The translations under genes were made by a program, and so were the position numbers. A stretch of DNA of 61,188 bases, from positions 1 to 61,188 of the forward strand of contig CAZUIY010000061.1 in the NCBI GenBank assembly GCA_964619975.1, read 5' to 3'. Positions 8,188 through 19,058 of the stretch are shown here, piece by piece. Position 1 is the first letter of the stretch, and each line of letters opens with the position of its first letter. Below the pieces are notes generated by a model that was not told the DNA's origin, did not search any database, and saw nothing but the letters and a program-made list of their open reading frames with translations. The stretch is from an uncultured Gemmatimonadales bacterium (GTDB lineage: Bacteria; Gemmatimonadota; Gemmatimonadetes; JACCXV01; JAHWKZ01).

Positions 8188-10031
8188 GCGAGTGGATTTA
8201 ATGCTGCGTTAGTACAGGCTTCAATATCAGCTCGATTGGCTTGTACACCCGTCCAAATAGAAGCCATCTGAATGTAGCCTGTGAAAAAACCTGAGGCCGC
8301 GCCTGAATTAAGCATACAACCAAGGCTTAATTGAGTTGTAGATGGATTAAAAAGGTTTCCTGAAATATCCGCAGAGGGGCTTCCGGATGTCAATTGAGTT
8401 AAATTTTTCCACACCTTCATTCTATTTGCTCCCGTCTGTGTTGTGTCGATCTGAAACGATGATATCTGAATCTGGCCATTAACGGAAGTATCGGTATAGG
8501 TTGCGTTTTGAGGGGTTGTTCCGTTGGATGAAAAAGAACCAAAATAGCCGCCAGAGCCATTGCCGATTCGCCATACCCTGCTGTTCGTGCCAAAATCAAA
8601 ATGTCCAGCTATCACTTGTGTGCTGCTTGCTGCGACGTTCTCATTCTGTACGGCAAAACATCCGTATAGAGCGGTGATTCCAGCTCCGAAGTAATCAAAG
8701 TAGGTCATTGTCATAAAATCATCTGTACCGTCAAAATACGGAGCCGGATAACCGTTCTGAGCCACACGGCAATCGCCTGACGAATCAACTATTTCGGGTT
8801 GGCTACCAACGGTCGCCTGAACCCACTCCCTGCCGGTGCCGTCCTGTTGTTTCCAATTCGATACCGTACAGCGTTGACCGCCTGAAAATGTTTCCAATTC
8901 TGTTTTGGAAAGTATGCCATTGATAGCAAGAAAGTCCTGTGTTGTGCTATCGTTTCTGCGCACCGTCATTATTGCGGTGTTCTCATAAGCCAACACCTGA
9001 AGGTTTACACCTGTAGATAGGATGTTATTGGTTGGGTATTTATCAACGATTCCACCGACTGCGAGGTAATCTGTTTTCAATTCCCTACCGCCAATAGATG
9101 CTGTTTCTGCCGCCATTAAACGAACGTCTTTGTGGCCTGCTAAAACAGGTACATAAGATGGGTTTTGCACAAATGAATTTTGATTTACTCCGAATCGCCA
9201 ACACCATGAATCCGGTGTGTGTGTGCTTTCATCTGTGAACGCAACCGTATCACCTACATTTGGAGTTAAGTCGTCTGCTTCGAAGTCTACGGTCATTGCC
9301 GGCAAATCATTGATCACAATTTTACCCGCTCCAAACGTTGCATCTACCAAATCATCATTGGTGTCTACAACTTCAATCTCTACGTTGTCACCATTAATGT
9401 AATTCTGGTTCAGAATCTCACCTGAAAGGGCGTTTATGATGAGGTTTACCCAATCCAAATTAATAGTACCCGTCATTCCACTGACTTGTGTGGTTGAAAC
9501 GTATGGTACTATTCCGTCATCAGGATCTCGTAGAGTGAGATTAATTCCAGATTGAGCGAGAAAAGTTAATGCGGCTGGATTGCCGTTTAGACGAATAAGA
9601 ATATCTATAAATTCAACCACATAAGGATTTGTAGACTCAACGGAAAAAAATCCGACTATCGAACTTCCATCACTCCTTTGCATGATAAAAGCCACAACAT
9701 CACCGTAGGGAGTGGTTCCTTCGTCTTCACCTTGGATGGTTACTGAGGTGGGGTCGCCGCCGCTACCGCCCGGCCCCTTGTAAAGTATAAGCCCACGATG
9801 GTTCAGCCCGAGATTACAGGCTCCGGAACTCATACTTCTTTGTTGTGGTTGTGGAAAATTCTCAGGCTCTTCTTCAGATTCTTCTTCGGACATCAATAAG
9901 TCCGCGGCCTCAGTAGGACTTTCCTGCTCAGATGATTTTTTTTTTTGAGAATCTACGCGGTAGAAATAATAAACAACTCCTGCTATTGCAAGAGTAAACA
10001 GAAGGACGCTATACAGCAGCTCCGAGAACAT
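8184..10031 (-). CDS. Membrane-anchored PKD plus ConA/LamG-like protein (fibre/adhesin-like)
   Basis: N-terminal TM, acidic linker, PKD motif VDFEAD..VGDTVAFTDES..SWCWRFG..QNPSY, and LamG-like PYFDGTDDFM..GFFTGYI. Confidence 0.7.
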   Translation of the reverse strand: MFSELLYSVLLFTLAIAGVVYYFYRVDSQKKKSSEQESPTEAADLLMSEEESEEEPENFPQPQQRSMSSGACNLGLNHRGLILYKGPGGSGGDPTSVTIQGEDEGTTPYGDVVAFIMQRSDGSSIVGFFSVESTNPYVVEFIDILIRLNGNPAALTFLAQSGINLTLRDPDDGIVPYVSTTQVSGMTGTINLDWVNLIINALSGEILNQNYINGDNVEIEVVDTNDDLVDATFGAGKIVINDLPAMTVDFEADDLTPNVGDTVAFTDESTHTPDSWCWRFGVNQNSFVQNPSYVPVLAGHKDVRLMAAETASIGGRELKTDYLAVGGIVDKYPTNNILSTGVNLQVLAYENTAIMTVRRNDSTTQDFLAINGILSKTELETFSGGQRCTVSNWKQQDGTGREWVQATVGSQPEIVDSSGDCRVAQNGYPAPYFDGTDDFMTMTYFDYFGAGITALYGCFAVQNENVAASSTQVIAGHFDFGTNSRVWRIGNGSGGYFGSFSSNGTTPQNATYTDTSVNGQIQISSFQIDTTQTGANRMKVWKNLTQLTSGSPSADISGNLFNPSTTQLSLGCMLNSGAASGFFTGYIQMASIWTGVQANRADIEACTNAALNPLA

Positions 10032-10528
10032 TAGAAGTTACCAGTGACATAGATTTCTGTTCCTGTTGCGTCAACTACCAGTGGAAAGCTGTCGGCATCA
10101 ATATAACCCGTTCCACCATCACCAAATCCTGCGGGGTAGGTTTGCTCACCACCTTTTTTATCGGTGATCTTTCCTCCGGCATCTGGACCAATCACAAAAG
10201 ACACCGATTTAAAGCCCGGAGCTGCTTTTATGATCGACACGTCAACTTCTTCAAGCGGGGTGTCAGAATCAAGGCCGTGGTTCTCCCACAGCTCTAATCG
10301 GATGCCATCTACCACTCGCATAACTTCTCCTACAAATTCCTCGGCAAGCCCCACGATGTAATCCCCAGGTTTAAAATCGTCGGTCGGTTGTTCGTCTCCA
10401 CTTGGAGAGCCAGAGAAAGAAAGTTCTAAAATGTTCCCCGGTAATGCCTTAAACTCTATCCCTGTAAGTGCCGTGCATCGTGGGAATGTCTGCTTTTCGT
10501 TGTCGTAGGTCTGGCGTAGTGCGCTCAT
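10031..10528 (-). CDS. Hypothetical beta-rich virion/fibre-associated protein
   Basis: First gene of the host-surface module; its stop overlaps the next start. Confidence 0.65.
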   Translation of the reverse strand: MSALRQTYDNEKQTFPRCTALTGIEFKALPGNILELSFSGSPSGDEQPTDDFKPGDYIVGLAEEFVGEVMRVVDGIRLELWENHGLDSDTPLEEVDVSIIKAAPGFKSVSFVIGPDAGGKITDKKGGEQTYPAGFGDGGTGYIDADSFPLVVDATGTEIYVTGNF

Positions 10529-10549
10529 GGTTCTTAGGTTTCAACAAAT

Positions 10550-10565
10550 TTAACAAAAATTAACA
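10550..10565 (-). promoter_or_regulatory. TGTTAA-N4-TGTTAA box overlapping a TAAATTTG -7 element
   Basis: The - strand reads TGTTAA TTTT TGTTAA ATTTG, 21 nt before the ATG at 10528. Confidence 0.6.
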
Positions 10566-10566
10566 T

Positions 10567-13500
10567 CTAAAGTGGTCGGTCTTCTGTTTTGGATTCTTTC
10601 AGTCTTTTCTTTTCTTCACGGATGTATTTGTCGATTTCTCGCTGAAAAGGAATTTGCGTTCCACCGACTAAAAGAAGCGATCTTTGAACATCATTTATCA
10701 GCGACATCATTACTAATGTCTCATTTTCTTCAGGTGTCAATTCTACTCCACGTTGCTGCTTGTCAATTATAGCGTACAAGTCTGTTGCGTTATCAAGAGA
10801 CGATTCAACATCACCGTACAGGTAATTTACCATAGGCAACATCGCTCCGTAGAAATCAGCCTCTGATTTATATCCTCCAAAATCAAACGGCTGAGAAAAA
10901 TATCTACTTCGGGTCCAGTCCAAGAGTTCCTTCAATTCCTCCTTAGATTCTTTGGTCCCTTTTTTCTTCAGAGCCATACTATAAATACCCGTAGCCATTA
11001 ACGCGGCTATTTTTGAAGAGTTACCAAATCGACCTCCGGCCAAAAACGCGATATTACTTTTTAAACTTTCCTGAACACCGTCGAAAGACATCAATTTCTC
11101 CTTTTCTTCATCATCTCCATTAAAGGCAGCAATCACATATCCCACTCCCCACACATACATAGCACCGCTTATTATTGCTCCAACACCTTCTCTTGCCGCA
11201 AGTTTTCTATCTTTATTTTCTCCATACAGAAATGATTCCCTAATATTTCGCATTATATTGTACTGTTCCAGAAAAGCGAAGTTCTGCAGTACCATTACTA
11301 ATTTTGCGACATCATTTCCCGCCTTTATACCACCCTTCCCTCCGGGGCTTAAGAAATCAGGTGCCACTCGAATAATTTCCCTCTGACCTGCTCTTGTTTT
11401 GGCTCCTTTAAGTTTTTCGGTACGAGCGTCTGCAAATCCTGAAGCAGAATTTATCGCATCAGAATTGGCCTCTATATATGCATCAGGATCATTATTAAAA
11501 TCTTTGACGTTAAATTCTTTCCCGGAAGCCCTTTTAAATTCAAGCATAAAAGAAGGCAGCCACGATAAGTTATTGGTCATTCTCTCTGGAAACGACTGAG
11601 CCTTTCCTGCTACGGTTTTAATTACATTCGTAGCCTTGCGAACTCCGCGTTTCCCTGCTCTCATACTTGTCCTGTCACGCTCCGCAAGAGATTCAAGGTA
11701 AATGTCCTGTAAGAATGAGCTCCCCGTTTTATCCATCAGTTTTCTCGCACCTTCATTTGTAAATGATGTAGAACGAAACTGTAGTGATTTAGCTATTTGA
11801 CCATAAGGCATTGCCGAAGCAGTACGAACAGTCTCTACTATCGGTTCAACTATCACCCTGTGTTTCGAAATAAGTGCACGAGCATAGAAGCCCATTGTTA
11901 ACTTACCAAAAACAGACCTTCGGTTTTCATATTCTGTCTTTATACGGCTTTTCAGAGCTTCATGTAGTGCGGTTGCATATTTAAAAGCATCCTTATCGGT
12001 GAGTTTGTTTCGTAGTTTACCAACCGCTTTCAATCCGGTTTTTATTGCTTCCGACAAATACAAATCCCTATTGGTAGAAAATATTTGTTCACGAACCAGG
12101 TTGTCCATATCCAAAGAAATCGGAGTAATTTTTCCGGATGTACGGGCAATACCACGATCCGATTTCATTTTTGTATTCGGATTCCCAGCCATACTCACTA
12201 CCTGAGAAACAAAGTCATTTATTCCGTCATTCGTAAAATCAAAATCCTGTCTGAATAATGGGAAATAGTATCTCGAATCTTCTTCTACAAACTTCTGGCC
12301 CCGTCGCTCATTGGCTGTACGCTGTCTCTCGGAATACTTTTTATTGTTCTCGACCAACCAAGAGTATAGTTTCTTTTCTTTCCCTGAAAGTGAGTTCAAA
12401 TATCCCTCAGCATCCACGCGGGTAATTTGTTCTCCATCGACCTCTATGGTTTCCTTCGGTAGTTCATCGTAGAGTTTTTGAATCTCTTTCTTGTCCTTTG
12501 CAGCCAGAGTTTCGAATTTCTCATCTCGAAGTAATTGTCCCCAATAATCGGAACCATCTTTTGATACATTCCAGTTACCCTGCATCATCGCCATCAAAAT
12601 CTTCTTTTGAGCAGTCTTTTTTACTGCCTTTAACCCGCCATCAACGATTTTCATATATCCATCCCTGTAATCTCGGATACTTTCATTGTACGACTTAACA
12701 ATTGGTCGGCTGAAAAATGGTGCAATTATGTTTTTATAAACCCATTCGCTTTTTCCTGTGCCAAAATAATCATCAAAGAACTGCCAGTTTTCAAGTTTCA
12801 ACTGTCGGACAGCACCCTCCAAATCTCTTCGATCTATTCCTTTTCTCTTAAATACGTCAGGTACGACCCAGCTTAGAAATTTACTTTCCCGAATAGTTTT
12901 ACCCGCTCCCCTGTTATTCATTTGTTTCGCTCCGTCAGTACTTATACTTTCAGATTCAAGCGAAGTGATGTACTCCTGCATTTTCTGCATCGGAGCGTAT
13001 CCGTAAGCAAGTTCTGTGGCTATATCCTGAAGCCTGACCGCTTTGTTGTAGTTCTTATTGTCTCCGGTTTCCCGAGACATCCGGACCGCTCTTTTCAGTT
13101 CCTTGACCTGTTCCTTTTGGAACTGGTTCATATCTGATTCATCCACCTGAATCAACATCTGCTCACTCTCAGCATTCATTTCTACCGCGGCCTGTTCCGC
13201 TTGCTCATTCAAATACTTTTGAGCTTCCTCAATTTTCTCAAGTGTTTCGTTGTACTCCGTTTCACCGATAATATCACGAGAAGCATTCAATATATTGTTG
13301 GCACGAGTAAGTGCCGCTTGCCGGGATCGGAATGTTTTTGACTCATCAAATACTACGTCAAGTTTGCGTTGAATTTCTTCCGGATCCGCGGGAGTTTCCA
13401 CTTTGTCATTTACTCTGTCGATCTTTTTAATCAGTGCATCTATTTGTTCTGACCGGACCTGAGCAACCGGACGAGTAGCGAGTTGATTCATCACTTCCAG

Positions 13501-16500
13501 AACCTCGTCAAGTGTCGCTGAACTTTGTTTACTGAAGTCGAGACCCAACAACTCAGTTACACGCCCTTCTTTATTGGTATATGTAGAGGACTGACGAAGT
13601 TTCTTGCTGACTTTTTTGGCTTGCTCCCTGATCTGTTTTATTTTCGAAAACCGGATTTGCTTCTCTACGTAAAACTCCAAGCCCTCAATAATCTTTTCGA
13701 TCTGCTTGTCAGTTTTCGCTTCTGCAGCACTTTTTAAGAACCTGGCAGGAACCTTTATTCCTTTGGGTAATTCCTTGACAACTTCAGCCAATCCTTTTCT
13801 TGCGGATTCAATTGCTTCTGCGCGGGATTTTGCCGTTCCTTCACGATTTAATGCGGCACGTAAATCTTTCCGTACCGCAGTCAACTTTTCCTGAATCTTG
13901 GACTTCACATCAGCAATTTTCTCTTTCACTCCTGTCACCGGAAGGTCTTTGCCAATATCCATTGAAGCAGCAATAAACTCTTTCTGTCCTTGTAACTTTT
14001 GACGACGATAACGGTCAACCTCTGGAATTGTAAGTAGAGTGTTGCCTGACATCCGGTGTTTATCCAATTGTTCTTGTGCATGATTCACTTTCATCCGGGC
14101 CTTACGTAAGGCAGAATCCTCTTTCACCTCAGCTTTTATTCCAAGTTGATCCCTGACAAACCTACCGGCCTTATCTTGTTGTGACTTGGTTAATCCTTTC
14201 CAAAAGTCAGTATTGGTAAAGTGATCCATAAACACCTTGTATTGCTGTGAAATTGTACCCGCAGCTTCTACCGCTTGTGCTGTTGCTTCCACAGCAAGGT
14301 TAAACGCTTCTTTGAATCCTGGCAGTCCAGACATCATTATGTCATCACTTATTTTACCCGCCCGGATATTATCAGCAATCGATTTAAATGGATTTTCTTT
14401 TGTCTTTTTTGGCTGTACTGATTTCTCAATTTGCTTTCGTGTGTACGGCTTACCTTCTGATTCAAGAGCGGCAGCACGTCTTATTGCTTTTGCAATATCA
14501 TCTACGGTAACTTTTGTGTCACTCTCGCCCATTCCTGCACTATCCAACTCTCCTTGAACGGCATCCCGGGCCTGATCCATGTTCATTCCATCCTCTGCGA
14601 AATACTCCCTTCTGAATGCAGGGCTTGGGTCAATGTTATCGTCTGCCTGAACAAAACTTTCGTAATTTATCTTTGGCAGCATCATCAAAATATCGGCTCC
14701 CATCGCTTCTCTTGCTCCGGTTTTCGCTTCTTCTCCTTGGTACTCGTAACCCGACTCAATAGCCGTGGCAACTCTTTCTTCGTTACTATCAAAGATCGAT
14801 TGCTCTACTTCTGAAAGTTCCTCGCTATTGGCTACTTTATAAGCCACACTACCAATAGCCAAATCAGATGCTTCTCCGGTTTCTTGGAATACAGCATACT
14901 CTTGTTCGGCTAAGGTTTGCTCTTGTTCAGCAATAGCCGATTCTCGTTCTGCGTAAAGAGCGTCCAACTCTTCTTCTGACATCTCGTCCAGCGAAGTTGT
15001 TGCTTCCTCCTGCGTTTCTCCTACAATTTCTTCTACGGGAGCATCAACTTCTTCGGTGTCCGATATTTCTTCCTGTGTCTGTTCTTCGACAGGTTCAACT
15101 TTCTCCGCTTTCGGTTCTGACTTGGCTTCTTCCTCAACGATTTTATTCCCGACAATCGCAGCAAGTTTCTGATTGATTTGCTCTATTTGTTCGTTCTCGT
15201 CGGTCAAAAACGATTCTTCGGTGTTGGCAATGACATCTTTCAAAGCCTGTTTTCTCTGGATCAACGGGAACGCTTTCATTTTCTGCTCCGTGGTCATTCC
15301 ATCTTTCATCTTGCCGTTGACTTCGATAAATTCATCTACACCAGCTTTCCAGCCTTCTGCGGTTTCCGGATCAAGATTCCCTGACTGCGCCTGAGCATCT
15401 ATGTATTGATCCACGTCCTCCCTGCCTTCGGGAGTCATTGCGGCTTCCGCGTTTTCGTAGTCCACCTCAGTCACTCCCTGAAGCATTTTTGGACTGCGTT
15501 CAATTGCCATTTTCCGGCCAGAAGTCACCACCGCAACCGGAGAAGTCATTAAAAGACCGGCGTTCAACCCCATTTTAAATGCGTGGAAGTTTCTATCCCA
15601 CACGTCTTGCCATTCATTGGGAGTAAACACTTCTTCGTCTTTCAGAATATTGGTTACTTCCTCCATTCCGATAGCCAAAGATTCCTGACCTACTTCTGTC
15701 AATCCCTCTGCTGTTGCACCCTTGGTTAAATTGAGTGCTGCACGTTGGACGTTGTTTAAAGTCAATTTCTCACCTCGACCAACAATAGATTTTATGACTC
15801 TGTTTGTAACATCAGTTGCCACCTTTCCCCCGGCTCCAACACCAAGCACGGCTTGTAAACCCGCTTTCTCCAATAAGGCTCCGACTGTTCCGTAAATGGC
15901 TTGATAGCCCATCTTTTCATGTATGGACATGTTCTCGGATCCGGGAGCTTCTTTGAGCATCTTATCTGCTTCTGCTGCCATGCCCAGGAACATGGTAACA
16001 TAACTTCCGGCCATCATTGGTGCGCTTTGAGCTACGGTGATAAGTCCAGACTTTAAGCCCATTTCCTTGGTATTCTCAGCAATAAATTCAGGAGTAGTTT
16101 CTTCGGTTGGAATGGAACCTGGGACTCCGGGCGTTCGACTTAAAAGTTTCAGTCCAAATTTCAAATCCTCTGCTTTCTCAGTCACATCTTCGTCGAGCAT
16201 TTTCATGTAGGCTTCCTGACCTTCTCCGCTTCCGAGTGTTCGGATATACCCGGCCATGCGGAGTGCTTGCGCTCCCATATCAACAAATCCGTCGATAACA
16301 ACATTCTGCATGGCCCCGGCAGTCGATCCTTTTTGGCTTCGCTTTGTGTACCGATCGGCCAATGCTTCGTCTCTACTGATTGCGGCCATGTCAGTCTCGG
16401 CTTCGAGTAGTGTGACCTGTTCTTTCAGTTGATCGTACTGCCGCCTTGTCTCGTTGTAGAATTGTTGTTCTTCAGGAGTGAGATTCAACAAGCCATCCAT

Positions 16501-16944
16501 GCGGTTTAAAATCTCCGCTTTTTCATTTGCCGTTGTAACTATTGAATCCCTTTGATTGATTAGGTCTGAAAATCTCAGATCAGCGTTTGCAGCGCGTTCT
16601 TCAATGAGTGGCATTGGAGTTTCAGCAATCACCTTTTGGCGCTCCACTGCTTTACCAACAACCTCTGATTCCTCCTTGCTTAAAACAGGTTCTTGAAATA
16701 CGCCAGTAGCATCCTGACGAGCTTCTGTTTCAAGCTTCGGAAGTTCGCCGTAATCCCGATCTTCTCTTTGGTTAAGGTCTTGGGAAACTTCTGACCCAGT
16801 CGTAGAGTCTTCGGAAGTAGTTTGGTCTGGACTTTTTTTTTCAACCACAGGTTCAGCACCCTCGGGCGGCTTCCATCCGGATGGTGAACTTACAGTTTTT
16901 GTTTCTTCTACGGCTTCCGCTCCTTCTGGTGGGGTCCAATCCAT
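10567..16944 (-). CDS. 2125-aa internal virion/DNA-ejection protein
   Basis: Last and largest gene of the ejection block; helical and Ala/Glu/Lys-rich; no catalytic motif recognised. Confidence 0.7.
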   Translation of the reverse strand: MDWTPPEGAEAVEETKTVSSPSGWKPPEGAEPVVEKKSPDQTTSEDSTTGSEVSQDLNQREDRDYGELPKLETEARQDATGVFQEPVLSKEESEVVGKAVERQKVIAETPMPLIEERAANADLRFSDLINQRDSIVTTANEKAEILNRMDGLLNLTPEEQQFYNETRRQYDQLKEQVTLLEAETDMAAISRDEALADRYTKRSQKGSTAGAMQNVVIDGFVDMGAQALRMAGYIRTLGSGEGQEAYMKMLDEDVTEKAEDLKFGLKLLSRTPGVPGSIPTEETTPEFIAENTKEMGLKSGLITVAQSAPMMAGSYVTMFLGMAAEADKMLKEAPGSENMSIHEKMGYQAIYGTVGALLEKAGLQAVLGVGAGGKVATDVTNRVIKSIVGRGEKLTLNNVQRAALNLTKGATAEGLTEVGQESLAIGMEEVTNILKDEEVFTPNEWQDVWDRNFHAFKMGLNAGLLMTSPVAVVTSGRKMAIERSPKMLQGVTEVDYENAEAAMTPEGREDVDQYIDAQAQSGNLDPETAEGWKAGVDEFIEVNGKMKDGMTTEQKMKAFPLIQRKQALKDVIANTEESFLTDENEQIEQINQKLAAIVGNKIVEEEAKSEPKAEKVEPVEEQTQEEISDTEEVDAPVEEIVGETQEEATTSLDEMSEEELDALYAERESAIAEQEQTLAEQEYAVFQETGEASDLAIGSVAYKVANSEELSEVEQSIFDSNEERVATAIESGYEYQGEEAKTGAREAMGADILMMLPKINYESFVQADDNIDPSPAFRREYFAEDGMNMDQARDAVQGELDSAGMGESDTKVTVDDIAKAIRRAAALESEGKPYTRKQIEKSVQPKKTKENPFKSIADNIRAGKISDDIMMSGLPGFKEAFNLAVEATAQAVEAAGTISQQYKVFMDHFTNTDFWKGLTKSQQDKAGRFVRDQLGIKAEVKEDSALRKARMKVNHAQEQLDKHRMSGNTLLTIPEVDRYRRQKLQGQKEFIAASMDIGKDLPVTGVKEKIADVKSKIQEKLTAVRKDLRAALNREGTAKSRAEAIESARKGLAEVVKELPKGIKVPARFLKSAAEAKTDKQIEKIIEGLEFYVEKQIRFSKIKQIREQAKKVSKKLRQSSTYTNKEGRVTELLGLDFSKQSSATLDEVLEVMNQLATRPVAQVRSEQIDALIKKIDRVNDKVETPADPEEIQRKLDVVFDESKTFRSRQAALTRANNILNASRDIIGETEYNETLEKIEEAQKYLNEQAEQAAVEMNAESEQMLIQVDESDMNQFQKEQVKELKRAVRMSRETGDNKNYNKAVRLQDIATELAYGYAPMQKMQEYITSLESESISTDGAKQMNNRGAGKTIRESKFLSWVVPDVFKRKGIDRRDLEGAVRQLKLENWQFFDDYFGTGKSEWVYKNIIAPFFSRPIVKSYNESIRDYRDGYMKIVDGGLKAVKKTAQKKILMAMMQGNWNVSKDGSDYWGQLLRDEKFETLAAKDKKEIQKLYDELPKETIEVDGEQITRVDAEGYLNSLSGKEKKLYSWLVENNKKYSERQRTANERRGQKFVEEDSRYYFPLFRQDFDFTNDGINDFVSQVVSMAGNPNTKMKSDRGIARTSGKITPISLDMDNLVREQIFSTNRDLYLSEAIKTGLKAVGKLRNKLTDKDAFKYATALHEALKSRIKTEYENRRSVFGKLTMGFYARALISKHRVIVEPIVETVRTASAMPYGQIAKSLQFRSTSFTNEGARKLMDKTGSSFLQDIYLESLAERDRTSMRAGKRGVRKATNVIKTVAGKAQSFPERMTNNLSWLPSFMLEFKRASGKEFNVKDFNNDPDAYIEANSDAINSASGFADARTEKLKGAKTRAGQREIIRVAPDFLSPGGKGGIKAGNDVAKLVMVLQNFAFLEQYNIMRNIRESFLYGENKDRKLAAREGVGAIISGAMYVWGVGYVIAAFNGDDEEKEKLMSFDGVQESLKSNIAFLAGGRFGNSSKIAALMATGIYSMALKKKGTKESKEELKELLDWTRSRYFSQPFDFGGYKSEADFYGAMLPMVNYLYGDVESSLDNATDLYAIIDKQQRGVELTPEENETLVMMSLINDVQRSLLLVGGTQIPFQREIDKYIREEKKRLKESKTEDRPL

Positions 16945-18338
16945 TATTTTCGTTTTACGTATGTTACTCCGTCAGGACCAACAAGAGATGTCCCTTTAGG
17001 CATTTTACTGAATATCTTGGTGAACTGCTCTGGTGTTGGGCGATTTTCTTTTGTAAACTCACTGGCCGCTATTCTCGCTGTTTCTGTGTCAAGATCACCT
17101 TTAGGGTCTTCTTCCATTTGAATCGCTTCTTTCGAAATATCCTCATTGATAGTGGAAATCTTATTTAGAATGGCTCCATAGTTTCCAGGACGAAGTATGA
17201 TGTACTCAAGATTATCTTCTGTTGTTGTCTTTTCTCCGACTGCATTTTCACTCAGCTTTCTTTCAAAGAATTTAGCCACAGGAATATAATCTTCTGCCTG
17301 TTTTCCTTCCGGTATTTTAGATACATACTTGCCAAAAGGATCTAAGTACTGACGCATAACATTAGTTCCATATCCTTGAAGATGTCGCTCAATACTTTTC
17401 ACGTCTCCAAAATTCACGGCTTCATTCACGTCTCTCTTGACTTCAGAGGCATACTGAATTTGTTGTGGAGTGATTTTGGTTCCGGTATCTTTTGGATTCA
17501 ACGGCTTATACGATTCTACCTCATCATCCACGTATTTAGTAACTCGATCCTTGAACTCAGCAAGGAAAAGTTCTTTACCGGTTTCAATATCTGTTTGATA
17601 GTAACTCGCAATGTCGTATTGTAGCGTAGGATCGACGATAAGTTTTTCATTCATGGCTTCAACAGCCCTGTTTATATTTGGTTCGAAAGACACAGCCATA
17701 GAGCCTCTACGCAATACTTCACTACCTGCTATTTCCTGAGATACAAGACCACCAAAATTGCCTACAAAATCTTTAAAAATAGGTTCAATATCCACCTTGT
17801 CTCCCCAATTCCATGTCGGATGATCTTTAACCATATCCTCATAGGCAATCTTGCCTTGAGAGAAATCTATAACACGTTGAACTTGTTCTTTACTCCACTT
17901 TTTAGGTTCCTGTAACGCCAGAGCCATCGCATCCACGGCTTGCTTTTTATATTCTTCTGTTTGCCGGCCTTTGTTTTTAGCCAATGCCATCTTCTCATGT
18001 ATGGTTTTCACAGCATCCGGATCACCGGAGATAAAACCCTCCATGTTGTTGAATATGGTATTCCTCGCATCTTCCACCGCAGAAGTAACTTCACCATAAT
18101 ACCGCTCATTGGTGTACCACATAGGAGTGTCATCCAACTTATCGAGCTCCGACTGCAGTAGTTCCCGGTTGTAGTTGATCTGATCGCGTTCCTGCTGTCT
18201 TTTCTCTGCCTGTTCATTGGCACGACGCGCACGCATGTATTCAAGATCACGGCTGACTTCAGGAAACGACAGAACCTGGGCCGATCCCTCGCCTATCTGA
18301 AGTCCTAATCGCTGTATTGGCATTACTCCGTCTGGCAT
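16944..18338 (-). CDS. Internal virion/ejection protein
   Basis: Position between the small ejection protein and the giant protein; helical; coupled start/stop. Confidence 0.65.
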   Translation of the reverse strand: MPDGVMPIQRLGLQIGEGSAQVLSFPEVSRDLEYMRARRANEQAEKRQQERDQINYNRELLQSELDKLDDTPMWYTNERYYGEVTSAVEDARNTIFNNMEGFISGDPDAVKTIHEKMALAKNKGRQTEEYKKQAVDAMALALQEPKKWSKEQVQRVIDFSQGKIAYEDMVKDHPTWNWGDKVDIEPIFKDFVGNFGGLVSQEIAGSEVLRRGSMAVSFEPNINRAVEAMNEKLIVDPTLQYDIASYYQTDIETGKELFLAEFKDRVTKYVDDEVESYKPLNPKDTGTKITPQQIQYASEVKRDVNEAVNFGDVKSIERHLQGYGTNVMRQYLDPFGKYVSKIPEGKQAEDYIPVAKFFERKLSENAVGEKTTTEDNLEYIILRPGNYGAILNKISTINEDISKEAIQMEEDPKGDLDTETARIAASEFTKENRPTPEQFTKIFSKMPKGTSLVGPDGVTYVKRK

Positions 18339-18341
18339 AGC

Positions 18342-19058
18342 TTATCCGTATAAAAAGAAATCACCTTGATTCTCCCATGGGTTATTATTAATTGGCGTGT
18401 CGTAATAATTCTGCGGTGTTGTGGCTGGAGACATCTGGCCAGTGCCGCCAGAGTTTAATTGATTGGTCAATGAAGCAGCACCATCCGCGTACTCAAACCC
18501 GCCCGATGGTGGTGGTTTTTGCTTTTTCTTGAAGTTCGCGTTTCCGGCTCCACTCGCAATCATTCCAGCCCCTCCCGCCATGTTCTGCATCCCTGCTCCA
18601 ACCAGTGCATTCGCCGTATCCAAATCCTGTTGATAAAACTGGTGATCGTAAGCAAAATCCCTGTCTTTGTATTGAGCAGCCACTTTGTTCGCTTCCATCT
18701 GCAACATCCGGCCTTCACGTCTCATATTTGCGTCCTGTGAATACAACCTGCTCGTAGCATCCATAGCAGCAACATTCGCCCCTGCAAGTCCTGACAACTG
18801 AGCGTTCATAGCCCCCTGAGAACTGAGCATCGTTGCCTGTTGCCGTTGAATCTCACGATTAAACTGCTGCTTGCTTGCTGCCGGTAGCCCTTCATAGGCT
18901 ATCTGCTCGGCAAGGTTTACGTTCTTCGCCGCCTCCGATGGTGGAGTATAATCAGGGCGATTCTTCTCTGCTTTTTTACGTTTGTTGTTACCGTCAACAG
19001 TCTGGTAAATACCAACTCCTAACGATACAACCCCTATACCAACTGAAATCCAGGACAT
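18342..19058 (-). CDS. Ejection (pilot) protein with hydrophobic N-terminus
   Basis: MSWISVGIGVVSLGVGIYQ followed by Gln/Ala/Gly-rich helices, typical of podoviral ejection proteins. Confidence 0.7.
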   Translation of the reverse strand: MSWISVGIGVVSLGVGIYQTVDGNNKRKKAEKNRPDYTPPSEAAKNVNLAEQIAYEGLPAASKQQFNREIQRQQATMLSSQGAMNAQLSGLAGANVAAMDATSRLYSQDANMRREGRMLQMEANKVAAQYKDRDFAYDHQFYQQDLDTANALVGAGMQNMAGGAGMIASGAGNANFKKKQKPPPSGGFEYADGAASLTNQLNSGGTGQMSPATTPQNYYDTPINNNPWENQGDFFLYG

